A stretch of 64,000 nt of DNA, from positions 8,122,302-8,186,301 of the forward strand of contig MU058065.1 in the NCBI GenBank assembly GCA_013265495.1. The letters run 5' to 3'. This stretch comes from Vicugna vicugna. Taxonomy: Eukaryota. Below the pieces are notes generated by a model. The model had not been told where the DNA came from. It saw nothing but the letters and a program-made list of their open reading frames with translations, and searched no databases. The translations under genes were made by a program, and so were the position numbers. Numbering within the stretch: position 1 is the first letter of the stretch; every line of letters starts with the position of its first letter. Below, piece by piece: positions 56,030-64,000 of this stretch.

Positions 56030-57840
56030 TCAGCAATGAGTACACCTAGCACCCAGATTTTGGTTCCTAATACTGTTCTTCAATGAAAAGAACCAGGGCT
56101 CTTTGGAGAAATGACTGATTCCAAGACTGCTGCAAGACATATACAAGATGAGACTGAAGTATCTTGTAGTGCCAGAAAGTAAAGAGGTACTCAGAAAGCA
56201 AAAACAAATAAACAAAAACCTACTGTGATAGAGCTATGTCAAAGGGACATAGGAACCAATCAAAAGAACTCCATGGATAAAGTCTGGAAAATTTTGAGCA
56301 AAAAAGAAAGTAGTATTGATCTTTAACCCAAAGTAGAAAGTAAATGTCCATGAGTCCATGCTGATATAGATAAATGATTGAATAAATAAATAAATGGGGG
56401 AGAAGAGACAAATCTCTCTTGCAGAAGAACTTTAAATAATTTACGTGGATTCTCTGCCCTCTGGGAAAGGAGATATAACTCCTCACTCCTTAACTGTGAG
56501 CTGTGCAGAGTGACTCCTTCCAAAGCGCACAATATAGAAAAGGGGAGAAAAGAGTAACTTTATAGTGGACAGACCTGCCAAACACTACCAGAGCCAGGTC
56601 AAGGTCAGTATCAACAGTCATAAATCATGGAGCTAGTATGTCCCTTTAATTTGATATGATGACAATGGCACTTAACTTTTTAAAAAACTTTTTTAATGAA
56701 ATGTAGTCGATTTACAATGTTAGTTTCAGGTGTACTGCAAAGTGATTCAGTTATACATACATACATTTTTTTCTTTTCAGATTCTTTTCCATTATATGTT
56801 ATTATAAGAAATTGAATATAATTCCCTGTGCTATACAGTAGGTTCTTGTTGTTTATCTATTTTATATGTAGTAACATGTGTCTGTTAATCCCCAACCCCT
56901 AATTTATTCCTCCCTGCCCATTCCTCTTTGGTAACCATAGTTTGTTTTCTATGTCCATGAGTCTGTTTTTGGTTTGTAAAATAGAATTTGTATCTTTTTT
57001 TTTAGATTCTACATATAAATAATAACATATCATACTTGTCTTTCTCTGTCTGATATACTTCACTCTGTGTGGTGATCTTTAGGTCCATCTATGTTGCTGC
57101 AAGTGGCATTATTTCATTATTTTTTATGGCTGAGTAATATTCCATTGTGTGTCTCTCTGTGTGTGTGTGTGTGTGAGTGTGTATACACCATATCTTCTTT
57201 ATCCAGTCATCTGTTGATGGACATTTATGTTGTTTCCATGTCTTGGCTACTGTGAATAATGCTGCTGTGGACATTGGGGTGCACGTATCTTTTCAAATTA
57301 TAGTTTTCTCTGGATATATGCCCAGAAGTGGGATTGCTAGATCATCTGGTAAGTCTATATTCAGTTTTTTAAGCAATCTCCATACTGTCCTCCATAGTGC
57401 AATGGCACTTTAGTTTTGTGCTCCTCCTCCCTCCAAACCCATAACCCCAGTCAAATCATGAAAATAAAATCAGACAAATTCCAATAGTAGGGTGTCCTAC
57501 AAAATACTTGACCAGTATGCCCCAAAACTGTTAAGATCATAAAAAACAAGAGAGTCTAAAAACTGTCACAGCCAAGGGGAGCTTAAGGAGACATGATGAC
57601 CAAATGTAAGATGGGACCCTGAAACAGAAAAAAGATATTAGGTAAAAACCAAGGAGCTCTGAATAAACTGTGGATTTTAGTTAATAATAATGTATCCATG
57701 TTGGTTCATTGATTATAATACATGCACCATACTAAGGTGAGATGTTAGTAATAGGGGAAGCTGGGAGAGTATCTGGGAACTAGCTCTTCAATTTTTCTAT
57801 AAATCTAAAACCTTTCTAAAAAATAAAGTCTATTTGAAAG
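56030..57840 (+). mobile_element. Old L1M (L1MC-like) 3'UTR, host of the nested L1
   Basis: acctagcacccagattttggttcctaatac...gagtaactttatagtgga...; the same family of sequence recurs at 30700-31300. Confidence 0.7.
56674..57399 (-). mobile_element. 5'-truncated L1 with 11-bp TSD, nested in an old L1
   Basis: ORF 57089-57274 is the ORF2 tail; TSD caatggcactt at 56663-56673 and 57400-57410. Confidence 0.9.
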
Positions 57841-59938
57841 AACAACAAGTCAAGGTCCCCACAAGTCCAGTCTATGAGGACAGGCCTCCGTTGTCCACCT
57901 CTGCATCCCAGGACTGAGCACACACAGAGCCCGGCAGGTCAGTGGTGATGGCTAGTTCTTGAGTGGGGAAGTGTTCCCTCACATGGGGTAATGGTGATTA
58001 TGGGTTTTAAGGGTTTTAAAGGGTTATCTTTGTTCATGCTGCTTTGCCTTACCAAGTCAAGTTGCCTATGTCAGAACTAAAAAAGTCTTTAGAGGTGGTG
58101 TGGCCCAAACTGGATACAGAGGCCCAGGGAGGTCAGGTGACCTGCCCGAAGTCATACAGCCAATAAACGACTCCCAGACCAGCGCTGTTTCTGCTGTATC
58201 ATGAGATTCAAGCTGTTTCCTTAGCTGCACAATGAGTATACCACACACCTTCTAAAGTCCTTGGGAGGCTAAAATAACTAATCAAGTGCCTACTGCATTT
58301 CTAAATGATCATTATTACTCTTGTAATGGATGATGATGATACCTAGTTTCAATGTCTCTTGATGCCTTTTCAGTCCTGTTTTCTCCTCTGCCACACTCTG
58401 GGAATTAGAACAGATCTGCTTTCTGCTGTCCCTTAAAAAATATGCCCATCTCTTTTCTCCTTAATTTCTTTAGCTTGGGCTCAGTGAGACCATTCTAGTC
58501 ATGGCTACTCCTACCTGAGGCCAGCCGATGGAGTAGGGTGTGCTTAGCGTTTCTCAGTTCTACCAGAGCCTCTACCCACGCGTTCTCTGCCCCTGTAGGG
58601 TGAAGAATGGGAAGGGACCAAGGGAGCAAGTCTCTCCTCCCCCAGAAGAGAAACTCACCACACTTGGAGAATGACTTCCGGAAACCTCTCCACCCAAACT
58701 ATGCCCTGTCTCCAGAAAACTATCAATAAAAACGTATTGGTGGAGACAAATGGGACTGGTGGAAGGAGTGTTGAGAAACAAGCACTCTGATGGTCCTCTG
58801 GTTCCAGTCTGCGCCTCTAGGCCAGCCAGGAGCCGTGCTCACTCGCCCTGGGTAGGTGAATAAGCATGACCAGCCTCGCACTGGGGCAGCCCAAGCCGAG
58901 ACGAGCTCTCCTGGGCTGGATCCAGAGTCTAGTTCAGATCATCTTTTACCAAATTTACCTTCTCCCAACCCATCCCCTTTATAAGCTGCCTACCTCTCTG
59001 GCCTTCAGAGAGCCTGAGAGAGAAAGAACAAGAGGAGAGAGAATGCATGAGTAAGAATGCAGTCGATTGGCTGAAAATGAGACCTTCCATTATAAGGGGG
59101 AAATTGTTCATGTTCAGAGCAATTTTTTCAAAACTGAACAATTCTCTGTAAATGGCGAGCTCAAGGATGTACAAAGAGCACTCTCATGAAATCAGCTCTA
59201 AGTGGCTTCAGAGGACTCTGAGTGGAGCCTCAGTTTGTCTTACCTGTGAGGCAGTGAATCTCCATCCCCATTAGAGGCCCATCAGGTGTATAGACTGTTA
59301 ACTATAATGTGTGCCCATAAGCATCTCAGGAAAGAGCTCTGCTGAATCACCCCTGTTCCTTGGGAGCCCTCCACATTCACTTTTTGCCTTTAGAAAACTA
59401 AGTAAGTTAAAGGTTGCCTCCAAAGAAGAGTTCTTTTAGCACTGTGTCAACCAGTTCCCTTGGGAGTGTGTAGCACATTTTATTCTTGAAATCTGAGGTG
59501 CAAGCATCATCCTAAATTCGTCTCATGCTGGAGAAGAAAGGCTTATCCTGGAGTCCCTGGCCCCTTGTTGTGTCTTCACTTTGTGCCTAAAGTGCTCTTG
59601 CTCGCCCATACTGGTAGCCACAGACCAGAGCAAAGTTTGCCCAGAATTGTCAGGAGTCCAGTGGGCCACGCTCCCCAGGGAAGAGCTGACTCAGCAAGGG
59701 GAGGGCAAGGTTGCCAAGGTCCAGGCCTGGACACCTGGGGAGAATCAGGTGTCTGAAATTAGCTTCAGCACATGGATTCTTTCCTTCCTCCCTGTTTCTA
59801 CAAATTTACTTTAAATTCATTGAAGTTGTTTTTTGAATGGACATTTCACAGAGCCTTGACACAGGCAGTGCCTCCATCAGGATGGGTTACTTGTCAACTC
59901 TTAGAAGGGATGAGAGGGTGTCAGCCGAGGGAGGCTGA

Positions 59939-60309
59939 TGTGGGGTTCTAGGAGGTGAGCGGCCCAAACGAAAAAATGCACGAGGAGTTGCCATACTGCT
60001 GGACAGACTTTAACCGGAGACACCATGGGGTTATCAACACTTTATTGCCACAGGGAGGTGCGCGCCTGTGATGCACCTGTCCTGCTTTTATCTGTTTTCT
60101 GTCAGCACATGCGTGGTCTGAGTTTTTTTGTTCATTAGGCTTACAGAATATCTCTAGCACATGCGTACTTCTATTTTCTTTGTTCTAATACTGCATACAC
60201 AAACATGCTCTGTAGTCGTGGCCTTGGGTCCCACAGCCTTAACTTATCTCAAGGCTCTGGCCATGGCCTTGGGTCCCACGGCCTTAACTCGTCTCAAGGC
60301 CAGCTCACA
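59939..60309 (-). mobile_element. 3' LTR (371 bp)
   Basis: Starts TGTG and ends CACA; TATA-like GATAAAAG 60085-60092; AATAAA 60041-60046; 37-bp U3 direct repeat. Confidence 0.85.
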
Positions 60310-60320
60310 TTCCACCCCCT
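60310..60320 (-). other. Polypurine tract AGGGGGTGGAA
   Basis: Lies immediately 5' of the LTR-initial TGTG on the minus strand. Confidence 0.8.
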
Positions 60321-60525
60321 AGGTCGTGGGGACCCTAGCCCATAGGGCAGAGCATTGTGCCCAAAGACCACAACAACAATACAAAGTACAGCATCCTACC
60401 AATACACAAACAGCAACAATAGCCAGGACAGTTAGGCTCCATCTCCAGGAGGACGTCAAGGATGACCACCAATTCTTAAGGGGGTCTTGAGTTACATGAT
60501 CTATGCGATCCAATTCCTCATTTTT
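60319..60525 (-). pseudogene. env: env TM C-terminal remnant (membrane-proximal region, transmembrane helix, Cys-rich tail)
   Basis: DPLKNWWSSLTSSWRW-SLTVLAIVAVCVLVGCCTLYCCCGLW...-TAG ending at the PPT. Confidence 0.8.
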
Positions 60526-60570
60526 ACATGAACATTATTTATCCATCCCCACCCATTTTATACAGTCCTT

Positions 60571-60830
60571 TCAGTTGGGGGGGGCATTGCCCCACTCACG
60601 TTGAATTATTTTTTTAATAGTCTGCCACCGCAAGTCCCAGGGCGATCTCGGTGTCCTGTTGGCATTCCATTGAATTAAGGTGTTCCAATTAGCTCTGGAC
60701 ACGGGGTGGAGGTGCCACGGCAGTCCATCTCCTGTGTCTACAGGAAGTTCAGTACAGACCCAACAGTGAGAGACGTTGTGGACTTGCGCGAATGTGTGTG
60801 CCCAGGAGAACACGGTATTTGCTGTTACCC
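60571..60830 (-). pseudogene. env: env SU N-terminal remnant
   Basis: NTVFSWAHTFAQVHNVSHCWVCTELP...LPW: CWVC (CxxC) motif directly after the pol stop. Confidence 0.85.
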
Positions 60831-63800
60831 TGGACGGAAGGACAGAGCAGAGGTGGACACCATGATTGGCAAATCTTTCCCTTTTGGGAGGATGCAAGCC
60901 ACTTTCTCATCCTGTGAGAGTACAGTGGCAGGAAGGGCTGTTTGCCCTGGGCGGTGGTACCACACCAACCCGCCCACACTAGGTTGGTTACACTCTGGGA
61001 GAGCTTCAGGAGCTATCAGTGGAATTGCCCAAAGCCGTAGGGCTTTTGTTCCTTTAAGTAGGGACACTCCTGTTTTCCCTAGAGTAACCTGCACATCAAA
61101 AGGCCATTTCCCCAGTCGTGGGGTTACCTGCAGGGCTTTTTCTAGCCCATTGCCCCACGGTTCCAAAAGGGCTAGCCAGGGGCCTTTAGTCTGGACCTGA
61201 TTCTTCCATGTCCAGGTGTCCTGTTTTCCTGAGTTCAACACCCTGGGGGCGCGTAATATTAATGCATGCCCCACTATTGAGACATCGGAGGCATCCTGCA
61301 TGGGCCCAACTCTGAGTCTCCGAATAGCCCCTTGCAATAACTTTTCCAGTGGGCTCATACCTGTACGGCGAGGTTGTTTATTTAAAAGATGTACCGCCTG
61401 CAGCAAGACATTGTTTCAGCCTCGCCCTTGTGGTTTGAGAGCCCTCAGTTTGTCCTTCAGTAGGCCATTGCACCATTCAATCATTTCTGCTGCTTGAGGA
61501 CGGTAAGGCACATGTAATATCCAGTTAATATCATTTTTTTTGGCCCATTCCTGGGTCTGTTGGGCAGTGAAAGGGGTCCCTCTATCACTTTGTATTTTTA
61601 AGGGAGTCCCATAGAAGGCCCGTAAAACTTCCAGTGCTCTAATAGTAGAGTCTTGTGTAGCTCGGGGCACATGGTGAGCAAAACCTAGACCAGTAGCGGT
61701 GTCTACCGCTGTCAGCAGGTACCGCAAGCCCATACTCGGAGCAAAGGGGCCTACGTAATCTATTTGCCATACCTGCAGTGGCTGAATTTCCCATGCAATC
61801 TTTTCTATCTGTTGGGGCCATCGCCGCCGGTGCAGGTGGCGCTTAGCACACCATGGACAGTGCCGCACGGCATCTTTGGCTTCACTGTGGCTCAGGTGCA
61901 GGCCCCACCGGTCGGCTACCTGCCTCATTGTGTATGAGCCAACATGACCAAGTTTCTTATGGAGCCAGGGACCTATATTGGGTCCTGGGACCATAGCCTG
62001 TACAGGGCAGAGTTGGGCTAGCGCGTCAGCAGCATCATTGCCCGGTGCCAGGGCTGGGCGGTGCCCTGGTACGTGGTAAACAGTATATTGGCCTTCTTGG
62101 CCTTTGTCCCATAAATCCACATCTGCCCACAGGGGCCAGTGCCCAATTATCCAGTCTTGCAGGGCCCATTGGGGTATCCACAATGTAAGGCCTCGATACA
62201 CGGCCCAACTATCTGTATAAATCTGCAAGGGGCTAGGTTTATTCATTAACATCAGCCATATTGCCCGTAACTCAGCCCATTGGCTGGATTGGCCTTCTCC
62301 GGTCTCATACCAGAAGGCTTTAGTGGCAGGGTGCAGTGCTACTGCAACCCAAGTGGGCGGATTGCCCTTACAAGATCCATCAGTATATCAAGCAGTTTTC
62401 GGGGGTGGCCCTTTCCCTTCATGAAAGGGACTGGGCACAGGGTCCACCCCTTGTTGTGGGAGTGTCTGTACATCAGACGCAACAAATTTTACAGGCGCTA
62501 ACACCTGCTGCAACTCTGCAGCCAAGGGGCTAGCGGTGTATTGGGCTCTCTGTTCCAAATAAGCACCCCACTTCGTCAGAGTTGGGGTTTGGGCAGTTCC
62601 CGATCGGGGTTGTTTTGTCCATGTCTGTACCCATCCTGCAATAGGGCATGTGGTCTGCACTTGGACCTCTTGCCTTCCCATCAGGGGTTCAGTGGCAATC
62701 AAGGATGTATAAGTTGCTAGCAACTGTTTTTCAATCAGAGAATAACGACATTTAGCCCCTTTCCATAACTGAGACCAGAATCTTATGGGCACCTTCCGCT
62801 GCCCATGTTTCTGCCATAAGCCCCAGCCATATCCATCATTGTCCACATGGACTGTCAACCAGAAAGGGAGGTCTGGATCTATAGTGCGCAGTGCTTGCGC
62901 TTGGGCCACTGCCCTCTTAGTTTTAACAAATGTACATTTGGTCTCATCAGACCAATTTCAGACTTTTCCCTTTTTAATCAGTTTATACAGGGGTTTGGCT
63001 ATTTGGGCCAAATGAGGAATAAACACCCGCCAGTATCCCAGAAGACCTAAATAAGTCTGTAACTGTTTAACTGTTTTAGGGCGGGAATATGCCTGGATTT
63101 TGTCTATTACTGCTTCAGGCAGCACTTTTGTCTTACCCGACCAGACAACATCTAAGAATTTGACAGAATATCCAGGTCCTTGTACTTTGTCCTCGTTCAC
63201 GGCCCACCTCTAGCCCGCCAGGGCTTCTCGCAGCGCTGTGGCACTGGTTTCCAAATTTGAAAGAGAATCAGAGGTTAGCATTATGTCATCAATATAATGG
63301 AACAAGCGGACGGTATCTGGTTTGCTTCATGTAGCCAGGTCCTGGGCCACCAGGCCATGACACAGTGTAGGGCTGTGCAGATACCCCTGCGGCAACACAA
63401 CAAATGTCCATTGTCTGCCTTCCCAGGTGAAGCCAAACTGTTCTTGGCTCTCAGGGGCTATGTTTATCGAGAAGAATGTATTAGTCAGGTCAACCACATA
63501 GTGACAAGTACCCAGTTCATGGGACAGTCGGTCCATTAAATCTGTTATATTTGGCTCCGCGGCATGCATGGGGGGAGTGACTTTATTTAGTTCCCGATAG
63601 TCCACTGTCATCCTCCAGGAGCCGTATGGCTTCCACACTGGCCACACTGGAGAGTTATATGGGCTATGCGTAGCCCGAATTATATTGGCTTCCTCAAGCT
63701 TCAGAATAGTCTGTCCTATTTCCTTATGGCCTCCGGGCAATCGATATTGCCGGACATTTACCACTCGTGTGGCCTGTGGCAAAATCAAAGGTGCATGATG

Positions 63801-63998
63801 AGGATGCCCCCGTATAACTGTTTTCACCACACGGGCTCTCAGGCGAAATTTTTCTTGAGTCGTCTGTATTTGCAATCCTTGCAAAATGTCTATCCCCAGA
63901 ATGTATTTAGTTACTGGGGATATATGTACTTTATATGCAGCAAGGGGCAGACGGCCAATGCCCAAAATCAGAGTCACTCGTTTAACACATATTTGCTT
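60825..63998 (-). pseudogene. pol: Retroviral pro-pol, one frame with 5 internal stops
   Basis: ORFs 63327-63977, 62958-63200, 62388-62909, 61416-62252 and 60825-61406 share one frame. Motifs: [31 protein letters not shown] (63285-63296); RNase H YTDGS, AEL, YTDS; IN HxxxxH..CxxC, WQIDY, SDRG, IE. Confidence 0.95.
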
Positions 63999-64000
63999 GT

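Larger units (their letters stand above)
59939..64000 (-). mobile_element. Class III (ERV-S-like) endogenous retrovirus, 3' part (pro-pol, deleted env, PPT, 3' LTR); continues beyond the window
   Basis: Ordered PR-RT-RNaseH-IN, env remnants, polypurine tract and TG...CA LTR. RT motifs LPQGYLHSP and HYIDD are class III type. Confidence 0.93.

Noticed and set aside
60706..61200. 164-aa ORF antisense to pol/env
   Set aside because: Shadow of the retroviral frame with a GTG start; no independent evidence for an antisense protein.

Overview
Mammalian genomic DNA. It carries cetartiodactyl-type L1 3' ends and I saw no ruminant, pig, whale or carnivore SINEs, so it is probably a camelid (inference). 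The only intact protein-coding gene is RPL37A (minus strand, 4 coding exons 54012-54014, 53499-53627, 52994-53076, 51712-51775; 92 aa; 5'TOP; CpG island). Positions 1-51.6 kb are repeat-rich intergenic DNA (L1, MIR, MaLR/MLT1, MER58, an old ERV-L pol relic) with several candidate regulatory elements. By human synteny this would be the RPL37A-IGFBP2 interval. The most notable element is a class III (ERV-S-like, YIDD) provirus at 59939->64000 on the minus strand, 5.9 kb upstream of RPL37A. Its pro-pol stays in one reading frame for about 1057 codons and is broken only by 5 in-frame stops, 4 of them TGA at probable Trp codons (APOBEC3-like G>A). It also has a degenerate dUTPase-like insert in the integrase C-terminus, an internally deleted CWVC-type env, and a 371-bp 3' LTR whose U3 has a duplicated unit with NR5A-type motifs. 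Repeat family names were assigned by eye and not by database search.
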